From the human T2T-CHM13v2.0 reference genome, Homo sapiens, in the NCBI RefSeq assembly GCF_009914755.1, contig NC_060929.1: a stretch of 64,000 bases of DNA. One strand, 5' to 3'. Below, one piece after another: positions 1 through 13,284 of this stretch (its first letter is position 1; each line of letters begins with the position of its first letter). The notes under the pieces were generated by a model. That model made no database searches. It was not told where the DNA came from and saw only the letters and a list, made by a program, of their open reading frames with translations. Both the position numbers and the translations under genes were made by a program.

Positions 1-195
1 CTCCTGCCTCAGCCTCCTTAGTAGCTGGGATCACAGGCGTCCACTACCTCGCCTGGCTAATTTGTGTATTTTTAGTAGAGATAGGGTTTCACCATTTTGG
101 ACCAGGCTGGTCTTGAACTCCTGACCTCAAGTGATCCACCCACCTCAGCTCCCCCAAACTGCTCGGATTATAGGTGTGAGCCACTGTGCCCGGCC
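1..195 (-). mobile_element. Alu (AluS-like), cut by the window edge
   Basis: Antisense Alu sequence ending ...gagccactgtgcccggcc. Confidence 0.95.
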
Positions 196-294
196 GCTTT
201 GTTTTACAAAAGATCTACACACTGGCAGAAAAAAATAACACTAATGAGGAGGGTACTTAATAAAAACAAACAAAATATCCATGGTAACACACAC

Positions 295-450
295 TTGTGA
301 GCCAGTGCATTTGCGCCAGGAATTGTGCTAAGTCCTTAGTATTTCTTTCAATGTTTAAACAATCTTATAAAGTTATTATTATTCATCCTTTTTAATGATA
401 AAAAACTGAGGTTTAATATGTAACTAATTTGTTAATTTGTCCATGGTTAT
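295..450. mobile_element. MIR fragment
   Basis: gccagg..tgtgctaag...ttattcatccttttt..aaactgaggttta, MIR core-like. Confidence 0.55.
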
Positions 451-1162
451 GCTATTTTTAAAAAGGTTTTATTGATGCATGATTTAAGTACCACAAAATT
501 TGCCCATTTTCTAATGTTAGAACATTGCCCACCTACAGTCATTTCCCATTCCCCATGACCAGCACCCTTCACCAGCCCCAGGTATTCACTAATTTTCACT
601 AATTTCACCATTTTCTGTCTTCCATAGTTATACTATTCACAAGTAGCAGTGTCAGGGCTCAAGATTGGATTAACATATTCCAAAAGTTCTGAAAGATGTG
701 CCTTAAATCCTAGGGATTTAAAATAAATGAAATAGTATAAAAATTTATTAAAACAAATAATTAAATGGGGGAACTGCCTGCTTCATAAAAGAATTATTTA
801 GTTCACAAAGAATGCATCGTAACTTCAATGGCAAGACTCGCTATGCACTTATGAACTGATGTACAGGCACACCTCAGAGATATTGCTGGTTTAGCTCAAG
901 ACCATGCAATAAAAGTGAATATCACATTAAGTGAGTCATATGAATTTTTTGGTTTCCCGTGAATATATGTTTTGTTTACACCATACCGTAGTCTATTAGG
1001 TGTGCAATAGCATTATGTCTAAAAACACAATGTATATACCTGAATTTAAAAATATTTTGTTGGTAAAAAATGCTAATAATCATCTGAGGCTTCAGTTAGC
1101 TGTAATCTTTTGGCTTGTAGAAGTCTTGATGGTTGCTGACTGATCAGGGTGGTGTTTGCTGA

Positions 1163-1324
<162 letters not shown>

Positions 1325-1942
1325 TAAAATAGATAACAATGTTTATTGCATCGATGGACTCTTCCTTTCACAAATGATTTCTCTGTAGCATGTGATGCTG
1401 TTTGATACCACAGTAGAACTTCTTTCAAAATTGGAGGCAATGCTCTCAAACCTTGAAGCTGTTTTATAAACTAAGTTTGTGTAAAATTCTAAATCCTTTG
1501 TTGTCATTTCAGCAGTGTTCATAGCATCCTTACCAGGAAAGAGTAGATTTCATATCAAGAAACCATTTTTGTTGCTCATCCATGAGAAGTAACTCCTTAT
1601 CTGTCAAAGTTTTATTATGAGAGTGTGGCAATTCAGTCACATCTTCAGGCTTCACTTCTAATTCTAGTTCTCCCTCTATTTTCACGACATCTGTAGTGAC
1701 TTCCTTCACTCAGGTCTTGAACCTCTCAGAGTCATCCACAAGGGTCTGAATCAGCTTCTTCCAAACTCCCATTAATGTTGATATTTTGACCTCTTTCCAT
1801 GAATCACAAATGGACTTAATGGCATTTAGAATGGTGAATTATTTCCAGAAGGTTTTCAATGTACTTCCCCAGATTCATCAGAGAAATCACTACAGATGGC
1901 AGCTACAGCTTTATGGAATATATTTCTTAAATAGTAAGAACT

Positions 1943-2296
<354 letters not shown>

Positions 2297-2552
2297 TTAT
2301 ACCCAAGAACTCTGATGCAGTTGTCCAAGACTAATGAAAACAACATTAATCTTGGACAACTGCATCAGAGCTCTTGGGTATAAGATGTGTTACCAAGGAG
2401 TAGTAAAAAATAAAGGAATCTTTTTCTCTGAGTAGTAGGTCTCCACACTGGGCTTAAAATAGTCAGTAAATCATGCTGTAAAAAAGATGCACTGTCATCC
2501 AGGCTTTGTTGTTCCATTTATAAAAGACAGGCAGAGTAGATTTAGTATAAAA

Positions 2553-2845
2553 TTTTTTTTTTGAGACAGGGTCTCCCTCTGTTGCCCAGGCTGGGGTGCA
2601 GTGGTGCAATCTTGGCTGACTGCAACCTCTGCCTCCTGAGTTCAAGCAATTCTCTCACCTCAGCCTCCTGAGTAGCTGGGACTACAGATGTGTGCCACCA
2701 AGCCCAGCTAATTTTCTGTATCTTTTGGTAGAGATGGGGTTTCACCATGTTGGCCAGGCTGGTCTTGAACTCTTGATCTCAAGTTATCCATGTGCCTCAG
2801 CCTCCCAGAGTGCTGGGATTACAGATGTGAGCCACGTACCTGGCC
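2553..2845 (-). mobile_element. Alu (J/S) inside Tigger1
   Basis: Full antisense dimer; agattta.. repeated on both flanks. Confidence 0.95.
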
Positions 2846-4104
2846 AGATTTAATAAGTTTTAAGGGACCAAGGATTTTTCAGAATGGTACATGAGCACTG
2901 GCTTCAACTTAAGGTCACCAGTTGTATTACCCCCTAATAAGAGAATCAGCCTGCCCTTTAAAGCTCTAAAGGAAGGCATTGACTGACTATGGCTATGAAA
3001 GTTCTAGGTGGCATCTTCTTCCAACAGTTTAGTGTAGTCATCTTCATCAATTATCTTAGCTAGATTTTCTGGGTTACTTTCTGCAGTAGAATCATCAGGA
3101 CTTGCGGCTTCACCTTGAGTGTATGTGTTCTGGAGACAGCTTCTTTCCTAAACTTCATGAACAAATCTCTGCCCGCCGCCCTCAGGCTTTTCTTCTGCAA
3201 CTTCCTCAGCTCTCTCAGTCTTCACAGAACTGAAGAGACTAAAGGCCTCACTCTGGATTAGGCTTTGGCTTAAGGGAATATTGTGGCTGGTCTGATCTTC
3301 TGTCCAGACCATAAAAACTTCCTTCTATCAGCAATAAGGCTGTTTTGCTTTCTTATCATTTCTGTGTTCACTGGAGTAGCACTTTTAATTCTTTCAAGAA
3401 CTTTTCCTTTGCATTCCTAACATTGCTGTTTGGCACAAGAGGCCTAGCTTTTGGCTTATCTTGGCTTTTGACATGCCTTCCTCACTAAATGTAATCATTT
3501 TTAGCTTCTGATTTAAAGTGAGCGATGTGCGACTCTTCTTTTCACTTGAACACTTAGAGGCCATTTTAGGGTTATCAGTTGGCCCAATTTCAATACTGTT
3601 GTGTCTCAGGGAATAGGGAAGTCAAGGAGAGGAATAGTGATCAGGGAGTGGCTGGTCGGTGGAGCAGTCAGAACATACAGAATTATGAATTAAGTTCACT
3701 GTCTTGTATGGGCACGGTTTGTGGCAACCCAAAACAATTACAATAGTCACATCAAAATCAGTGATCACTGTAAGAGATATAATGAAAAAATTTTAATATG
3801 AGAGTTACCAAAACGTGACACAGAGACACAAAGTGAGCACATGCTGTTGGCTAAATGGCACTTACTGACTTGCTCAATGCAGGGTTGCCATAAAACTTTA
3901 ATTTGTAAAAAACATATCTGTGAAGCATAGTAAAATGAGGTATGCCTGTGTATTTCCTTGACTACCATTATATAGTTCACTCATGGAGACTAAATGCTCA
4001 TTGATGCTGAAAAAATGGTGAATTTCTCAAAGCTTTAAGATTTAATTCAGTAACAATTTTGATGAACCAAATTTTTTATGGGCCCATAATGATATAATTA
4101 AATA

Positions 4105-4210
4105 TCAGAACTAGAAGAGCCTTTAGAAATACCCACATCCACTCCTATTTTACAGGTAAGAAAACCAAAACCCAGAAAGTCTAAGCGACTTGCTCAAAGT
4201 TATACATTGC
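4105..4210. mobile_element. MIR fragment
   Basis: tttacaggtaagaaaacc..cccagaaag..aagcgacttgctcaaagt MIR core. Confidence 0.6.
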
Positions 4211-4357
4211 TGGCTTTTGGACCTAAGATGCCAGACGCATTTAGGTGCTTTCAACACCACTGTCATTTTATTCCTCTAAAACGACAATATCAACACAGAA
4301 GATATTAAATTAAGTGTAGGAAGATGTTTGTCCCTATAGCACAACTCACCATTTGAC

Positions 4358-4388
<31 letters not shown>

Positions 4389-4426
4389 TTTATACTTTTC
4401 TTTTTTCTATATTTCAACAACTGCAA

Positions 4427-4619
4427 CTGTGCTGTTCAAATTAAAAGCTCTTTACCACATGCAGCAATTTAAATTTAATTAAAATTAATTTAATTAAAAA
4501 TTTAGTTCTTCACTCACACTAGTCCTATCTCAAGTGCTCAAGTACTAAAACTACTGCATATGATAAATGCAGGTATAAAATATTTCCATCATCCCAGAAA
4601 GTTCTATTGGGCAGTGCTG
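4427..4619 (-). mobile_element. MER3-like hAT-Charlie MITE
   Basis: atttccatcatcccagaaagttctattgggcagtgctg end and AT-rich centre typical of MER3. Confidence 0.75.
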
Positions 4620-4740
4620 CATTAGAATGTCAGCTCCACAAGAGAGATTTTCATTAGTTTGTCCACCAATGTATCCCCCACATCTAGGATGGTACCTGGG
4701 ACACAGTAAACCTCAACAAGTATCTCTTGAATGATTCAAT
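4620..4740 (+). mobile_element. L2 3' end fragment
   Basis: agaatgtcagctcc...cctgggacacagtaaacctcaacaagtatc..tgaatga. Confidence 0.65.
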
Positions 4741-6275
4741 ATTTCTGAGAGTGATTTTGGATAGCCCTGTGAAGTTTCTATCCAAATATATGGCAACGTA
4801 TTCTATGTATTGACTTATCCAAAAATGGTATATCTATGACAAAATGACTATAAGATAATGAGGTATGTTTTGGCAAAAGAAGTGAACATTGTATCATAAA
4901 ACCTCCATAAAACTATAACTTAATTGTATCAAAAACCTTCATAAAACTATAACTTAAATTAGGTAAGACTGAATAGAATTCACTATGCAAAATTTTCTTG
5001 GTTTGAGAAGGATAAAAATAAATTTGTTTGTTAATTTTCCCTATAAAGGTAGAACAAAATTAGAAAAAGATATATATCTCAGGATAAACTCAAAATTCAA
5101 AGTCATAAGAAAATACTATATTTTAATCTTGCCATGTTGGATTTGAAATAATAATTTAAATCTTAGTGTAATTATCATAAAAATAAAAAATAATGAGCTC
5201 CCAATAATAGAAAGGGGTATTCTAAACCAGCCAAAGAGGCTACTTTATGCTTTTAATCATTAATCACTAACATATTAAACAGATACATTTTATCATCTCA
5301 ATAAATTTAATTCTATAACATGATTTTTAATATGTACATACTATTTCATCATTTCAATATACCATAATTTACTTAACCACTCATCTATTATTGCACAAAT
5401 ATCTGAAGATTTCAGTAGAATGGTCAGATGTAGTGTGTTTGTAGAATACCAAATTCAACTTTAGAGTACAAAATGGGCAACAGAATTAACAATGTTTTTC
5501 ATTCCATATATCTGTTGACAGTGTTTCAGGAATCTGAAGAAACAGAGGATAAAGTTTCTGAATTCTATAGGATCAACAGATCTATAGTTAAATTATTTTT
5601 GGTGTCACTCATATCATTAACATTATCTGTATTTCGGGCTGTCTTGATTTCCTCAAGATAGTGTTGAATGAATACTGTGAATTTTTCTGATTGCATATTT
5701 TATCCATGGGAAGGATAAAGACTTGCTCGGTTCCAGGTTACAGATGCTTCAATACCAAAGATCCCTTCTGAGAGTTGAACCAATTCCAGTGTAAAATTGT
5801 ATAGTCAAATATATTTTGTAGATTTAACTTCTATGTTTCATGTTTCGTCATATATATTTATCCTCTGCTATATTGCACAGTTTTGTAATTTTATTTTCCT
5901 TTCATCATTTTAGACATTATTACCCCTTCCTATATTTTTACAACATAGTGACATTATATCATATTCCAATACCCAGTGCTATACATATACAAAGAATATA
6001 CACCCTTATGGATTTAATCCAGAACCATAAAAATGGTTTCAGGGGAACTCAAATTTAAATCTGTAGTCTAATCATTAGTAATTACAAATTGAGTAAAATC
6101 TGTTTATTAAAGAGATGTCTTTTACATATTCAAAATGATTAGTCAACACTACTGAAGAGGTTACTATTTCTATTTCCTTAGATACAAACTCTTAATAAAA
6201 CATAACGTCATTAGTTTATGACCAATTAATATGAAAACTAAATTTAAAAATAAACACATTAGTGGATTTTAAAAT

Positions 6276-6412
6276 TTTATTATTTGTTTATTTTTTAGAG
6301 ACCAGGTCTTCCTATGTTGCCCAGGCTGATCTCAAACTCCTGGGCTCAGGCGATTCTCCTGCTTCAGCCTCCTGAAGTGCTGGGATTACAGATGTGAGCT
6401 ACCATGCCTGGA
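6276..6412 (-). mobile_element. FLAM Alu monomer
   Basis: Single antisense left-arm monomer with T-rich tail. Confidence 0.85.
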
Positions 6413-8214
6413 CACATTTGTGTTTTTATCTACATAATTCCAATTAATCACCAAAAATAGTTTTGCCCATTCTACTTTAATGACTACATAACAAAATTGA
6501 GAAACCGTGTTTATGCTTGAAAAGTTCATGCTCCTAACTAGGTTAAACATTTCCTAAAACAATATTATTTATATTATTAACACAACTCTTTTTTAAAAAA
6601 TAGTAGAAATGTAAATTATTATAAGTTTGGATGATAGCTGTTTGAATTAATGAAGCTTAACTAAATGTGTATGTATGTGTGTGCACTGGAGTGGTGGTGG
6701 GAATGGACAAAAAGAATCCCTGAGAGAAGAGTACAATTGTTTTAAAATACATTTAGGTAAAGACTATTTATGATTCTTGAGGAAAGAGAGCCTATATAAA
6801 AACTTTTTATTATCTTTAACTTTTTAATTGTCTCTTTTGAAAATTCAAAGACATTAAATACCTGTTCGTAAAATTTGTCAACAAACTAGGTTTACAATTT
6901 TACATTCCCACCACCAACCTTGTCTTCAAAGTGTTCATTTTGTTAGTCTCTACGGAACCTAGGATATGGAACCTAGGATAGTATCTTATACATGGCAGGC
7001 ATTCAATAATGTCACTTGAATACAATTCCAATAATTTTATCACATTTTCAACATTGATACACAATATATGAGGTCAAAAATTCTAATAACACACTTATAC
7101 TAGAATTTCACATTTCCCTAATTCAGATATTTAGGCGCTTCCTAGACTTATATAATATACAAAGCTATGGACGGAATGTCTAAAAAACCATGAAGCCTGC
7201 CTCCAATAAGAGATGCACATTTCTTTAAAAAGAAATTTAAAAGACTCAGGCACCTATATAAGTAGATCTGACTGTCAATATATACAGGTTTACCCACAGA
7301 GAAAATAAAATTCCCGTATGTTGTAACCCTTGGCATCTGTGCACTTCTCTTTCCTATTTTATGCCATCTTCCCCTGCCCCGATGTACTGAATTCAGATTT
7401 GGTCTATAGGAGAAAAATGCTCCAGCTGCTAATGTGAGAAAGACTGCCAAGCACTGTTATCATGAGATGACCCAGCACTGCTTCCTACTCAAAGTTCTCC
7501 CCTGGGGGTGAATCTGAGTGCTGGCACTTTCTGCTGTGCACTAGAAGCAGAGAGCACCAGCAGATTGAGACACCTCAAAGATAGCATAATTTCAGTAAGA
7601 GTTAGGAGAGGAGAAGCAGAATTCTGCTGCCGTCAAGTAAATTAGTAATTTTAACTTTCTTGTTCCATTTCTGGTAAGGAAGAAAGTGGAAATGAAAAGA
7701 CAGTATGAATGAAAAAGAGAACTTATTGTAATAACATGGTTTACCTTAAATATGGGATAAAGCTAGGTATACAAACAACAGAATTAGAGAAAGTGACAAG
7801 ACAATTATCTTGACACAAGTATTCCATAGTGTTAAGCATTTAATTTCTTCTCGGGTTATATACATACAGTGCCTGTATCCTAAAACTAAACTACAAACTC
7901 TTTGTGAGTAAAAATTGTATTTTATTCTCTTCAGCAAATAAATACTTATGATATTAATAAAAAGCTATTTGAGAACAAAACATGAAATTTTAGAGCTCTT
8001 GTAGATTAAAATGTTGGAAGATTTTATTGGTAAATATTTATTAACAGATCTATCTCTTCTAGAAGCAGCTAATTATTTGCCTAACCTGCCATTATAATTG
8101 GATAAAATTTGTATGAATGCTAGAGCCATGATATTGAAACCATATAATATGAAAGTAAACAAAAGTATGTTCATGGAAAATTTTATTGCTATTCTTTTTT
8201 TAATATTATTAAAC

Positions 8215-8613
8215 TTTATTTTTTAAAAAATATTTCATTAACAAAGATTCTATATATTTAAGTTGTATAATGTGATGATTTGACATACCTATACATTATG
8301 TAATGATTATCACAATCAAATTATAACACATCCATTACCACTCATGCTTTATTCTAGATTCCCAGAACTTGTTCATCTTAAAACCAAAAATTTATGCCCT
8401 TTGATCAACACCTTCCTATTTCCCTGACTTTCTAGCCTCTGGCAACCACTGCTCTATTCAGCTTCTATGAGTTTGACCTTTTAAGAGTTTACATATAAGT
8501 GAGATCATGCAATATTTTTCTTTCTGTGTCTGACTTATTTCACTGCTAATGTCTTCTAGGTTCATCCATGTTGTTGCAAATGGCAGTATTTCCTTCTTGT
8601 TTATGGCCAAATA

Positions 8614-8644
<31 letters not shown>

Positions 8645-9134
8645 ATATCATATATTATATATATACACACACACACCACATTTTTTATATCCATTCATTC
8701 ACCGATAAAGTTAGGTTTATTCCATATTTTGGCTATTTTGAGTAATGCTGTAATGAACATGGGAATGCAGATATTCCTTCAAGATACTGATTTCATTTCC
8801 TTTGAATATATACCTTGAAATGGGATTGCTGTATCGTATGGTAGTTCAATTTTTAATTTTTTGAAGAATCTCCATACTGTTTTCCATAATGGCTGTACCA
8901 AGTTACTTTCCCTGCAACAGTGTACAAAAGTTCCCTTTTCTTTACATACTTGGTAACACTTGTTATCTCTTGTCTTTTTGATAATAGCCATCCTTACAGC
9001 TGTGTGGTGATATCTCATTGTGATTTTGATTTGCATTTCCTTATGATTAGTGATATTGAGCACCTTTTCATACACTATACCTGTTGGCCATTTTTATATC
9101 TTCTTTGGAAAACACCAATTCAGGTCCTTTGCTA
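8215..9134 (-). mobile_element. L1MA/L1MB-type 3' end (ORF2 C-terminus and 3' UTR)
   Basis: Minus-strand ORFs ..[31 protein letters not shown].. and ..ILPFATTWMNLEDI..; contains a (TA)n tract near 8615. Confidence 0.9.
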
Positions 9135-9400
9135 TTTTTTTTATATTATACTTTAAGTTTTAGGGTACATGTGCACAACGTGCAGGTTTGTTACATATGT
9201 ATACATGTGCCATGCTGGTGTGCTGCACCCATTAACTCATCATTTAGCATTAGGTATATCTCCTAATGCTATCCCTCCCCCCTCCCCCCACCCCACAACA
9301 GTCCCCAGTGTGTGATGTTCCCCTTCCTGTGTCCATGTGTTCTCACTGTTCAATTTTCACCTATGAGTGAGAACATGTGGTGTTAGGTTTTTTGTCTTTA
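9135..9400 (-). mobile_element. Young L1PA 3' end, 5'-truncated
   Basis: ttatactttaagttttagggtacatgtgcacaacgtgcagg..., typical L1PA 3' UTR. Confidence 0.92.
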
Positions 9401-9487
9401 TTGCCGTTCTTTAAACGGGAGGATAATCAGCATTTACCAAAATTACACAAGTTTTTAAATTAGGTTCGAAGTATAAGGTAGACTCCA

Positions 9488-9697
9488 AGAATGGGCAAAC
9501 TTTTTTCTGTAAAGATCCAAATAGTAAATATTTTAGGGTTGCCGGCCACATATGGTCTCTGCCATGACCACTTAAATCTGTATTGTAGTGTAAAAGTAGT
9601 CACAGACAATACAGAAATAGATCTGTGTGGATGTTTTTCAATAAAACTTTATTTATAAAAAATAGCTAGCTTATGAGCTGTAGTTTGCCAACCCTTG
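9488..9697. mobile_element. MER58A hAT MITE
   Basis: ggcaaacttttttctgtaaag..atagtaaatattttagg...aataaaactttattt...gtagtttgccaaccc. Confidence 0.8.
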
Positions 9698-9828
9698 AAG
9701 CAGACTAGAAATAGCATTAAATGGGACAGAAAAAGGAGAATTTCATATTTTTACAGGATGATAAATATATGTGACATTTTCAAGATCTTTGATTCTTACA
9801 AAAAACTTACATAGCACATAAATCTTAC

Positions 9829-9888
9829 CTGATTAGGTATCCTCAATGGGGGCCTTGGACCTCCAGGGTACCGAGGTGACATAAAAGG
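9829..9888 (-). CDS. SSBP2: SSBP2 internal coding exon (60 nt, probably exon 6), start of the proline-rich region
   Basis: Minus strand TTTGTTTTACTTCAATAG|CCTTTTATG...CCTAATCAG|GTAAGA. Encodes [20 protein letters not shown], which directly follows ...GFFQ in SSBP2; phase 0-0. Confidence 0.97.
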
Positions 9889-10451
9889 CTATTGAAGTAA
9901 AACAAATAAACAAACAAAACAAAAAACAGTACAATGTAAAATACATATCTGAAAATAAACTACTTAAAAAATTTTAGAATTAATCAAATCACAAATCAAT
10001 GTACTTTGAGGCTGCTTTCAGCATAATAAATGCTTTTAAGAAAAATTACCATCCCATTACTTATTTTGTAGAATATCTAGAAAATTTTCCAAAGAAAATG
10101 TAAAAACATAAAAGCTGGCTAAAGTAACTATAGCAAAATCTTTTAAAAATGTGAATTATTAAGGCAATAATATCTAGTGGCAAAAAATAAGGTAGAGAAG
10201 CAGGCAATTTAATCTTAAAAAGGACCTCTGGAGGCAGCTTACTGCCTATGTTATTACATTCTAAATAGATACTTTTGATGGAATTGTTTGGTTTGGTTAT
10301 CAATTCCTTTAATAATTTTAAAATTGCCAAATTTCATCTTTTATAGCTTTGTTTAAAATGATAAATAAATTTCTTTTCCAAGGGTCATCTGTAGTCAAAA
10401 AAGCTCTGGCTTTTCCTCATCATGGGTTTCTTATAGTTCAAAACGGACTCT

Positions 10452-10626
10452 GTGGGTGTGGCGGCACACACCTATAGTCCCACCTACTCGGGAGGCTGAG
10501 GCCAAAGGACTGCTTGAGCTCAACAGTTAGAGGCTGTGGTGCATCATGACCATGCCTGTAAACAGCCACTGCACTCCAGGCTGGGCAACACAGTAACATT
10601 TCATTTCTTAAAAAAAAAAAAAAAAA
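10452..10626 (+). mobile_element. FAM (fossil Alu monomer)
   Basis: Monomer with FAM-type gcctgtaaacagccactgcactccag segment and A tail. Confidence 0.75.
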
Positions 10627-12116
10627 TTGACTACAAATTTTAAAGTTGAAATTTCTTTGCATATTTTGACCCTAGCTGATTATGAAGCGTATATTTTTAA
10701 CAAAAGAAAAAAATGATCTTATATTAAAAGTCAAGTTAATTTATGTTGCTGGATGAGTCAGAGGCTCCTAAGATGTACTGAATCTGTCAGTCTGGAAATT
10801 GTCTGAAAAGTATCCTAAAAGCAACATTTTAGTGAAATGTTTAGGTAAGGTAAAAAGAGACTATTTTTGATCATCCAGACTTAGGCACCAAAATTTTATA
10901 AGTTTATTAAATTATTTAAAATTTGATTTTTTATTTATTTTTCTAGAAACAACAGAAAAATTATAATTTTGTTTAATTACATCTCAACATATAATTACTT
11001 AAACGTAAGATGTTTCTTACATGTAATATAAGCAAATATCAAATCTAACGGGTTGAATGTTATTAAGATATTAAGAATTAATTAATATGAATTAAGAAGT
11101 AATATACAGCAAGTAGACAAAGGTTTGGGGAAATCATTGACAGTGCATTACAGAATTAAATCCTACATGTAGAATGTATTTTCTACAAATATTTTTAGAA
11201 ATTAGGCTTGGAGGACATGGCTACTCAGGTTTTCCAGAGCTGTTTTAAAAGGAGCCTCTAAAAAATAAAATCCTAATTAATGCTGTATAGATTTTTCCTG
11301 TAGTATCTTTTGCAGAGTCTGACAAACCAACAAAAGGAGCTTCACAATTAAGTGAGCAATTTGGCTTTTTGTTCACTGTGTTCTTATATGTAAAAGTGCT
11401 TCCAGCAGTTCATTTTATATGGACAGAAACAGTAGATTAGTCAGGTAGTATTGTCACCTCCAGCTGATAAAACTTAAGTAGATTTTCCAATTTTAACAAA
11501 GTTGATTTTAAAAACGTTTAGTTTTCACATATTTGATTAAAGTTGTCTCTCATTTATCATTTTGAAACTCTACCATAAATTGGATAAGTTAGTTATGTAC
11601 TGTCAACTAGAAGCTTATTCTAATATTCACACTCTCTCTGTTATTTTCTCTTTCCTTTATAAATCACCTAATTTCACCTATGAAGCTGTCTTTTTAATTC
11701 TGGACTAATTTAAAAAATTTAATAAATATTGTGTCATTGGTTTTATAATGGCTGTCTTTTACAAAATGATGTTTTATGACATAGTCATTAATTCAAAATA
11801 TAGTATCAATTTAGTTTTTGAAACATGGAGACATAAAAATAGGTTACTAATAATTTTTGTCTGTAATACAACCACTTTGAAGTAGAATACAAGGTAAAAT
11901 TATGTGAAAAATATTACTAAATACCAAATGTTGAGATAAATATTTAGAAGTGCCTCACTTGAAACAGAAGAACACTTGAGATCTGCGTGTTGATCTGAAT
12001 GTAAGAAGATGATACAGTGTTTATTTAGTGGTATATGTAAAAGGAGAATTTTTTTTCCCCAAATGGATGGCATTGTGAATGAGTGTATGTTAATGGAACT
12101 GTCTATACCCTCCTAC

Positions 12117-12189
12117 CTGACTGAGGCCCTGTGAAGGAGCTGCTGTGAGGGAGGGTCAGTGTATGTGCTAGCTGGGAACCTGCAGGTTA
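12117..12189 (-). pseudogene. Vestigial exon or pseudo-exon homologous to the SSBP3/SSBP4 cassette exon (possible poison exon)
   Basis: TCTCTTTCTCTTGATCTCATTTTGTAG|TAACCTGCAGGTTCCCAG...GGGCCTCAGTCAG|GTAGGA. Translates *PAGSQLAHTLTLPHSSSFTGP.. versus recalled SSBP3 GPPGSQPSPHAQPPPHNPSSMMGPHSQ at the equivalent position. Confidence 0.75.
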
Positions 12190-12763
12190 CTACAAAATGA
12201 GATCAAGAGAAAGAGACAGATTCTGTTTTTAGTCAATTTATTACTCTTATATGTCCTCCTTTAAGTTCAAATTTGTATGTTTTTTTGGAGGCCAAAAAAA
12301 AAGAAATAGAAAACCACTTATAAACTCTAATCTTCACACAATTAAAGCACAAAAAGACAAAACAATCGGTTAATATAGCTAAAAACTACTACTTTTACCT
12401 GAAATATAAGATTACTATGGTTAAAGTATTTTTAACACAAAATTAGTGCTGTTATAACATGGCTTAGTATTCAGATTGATCCTTCCCTTATGTTATCTAG
12501 ATAACCACCTAAGTCCTCAACTGCCTAGTGAATTAGCTTGCGTAGACACAGCAACAGAATCTAAAAGCGTTTGCATACTAGCAACTGAGAATAATCTGCA
12601 CTAGTATCTGTACTTCACTATTCAGAAGTCAATTTGCTTTCAAATGAAATTCAAAATGTTAACCCCAATTTTAATTATTTTATGGTAAAATGCTAATCTG
12701 TCCAAGAGATTATGCTAATATAAATTATATCTATTGACAGACATGTCAGTATTCCCTGCTTTA

Positions 12764-13210
<447 letters not shown>

Positions 13211-13284
13211 TCATGATGGTGAATCAGTGTTTTAACTGGAAAAAAGCCTTCCCCAGAAAGGATTATTTGTAATGTGTGTGGAAA

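Noticed and set aside
6954-6980. 14-bp tandem duplication ggaacctaggata
   Set aside because: Ordinary short slippage duplication.
10452-10626. 7SL RNA gene or pseudogene
   Set aside because: Lacks the S domain; fits a fossil Alu monomer.
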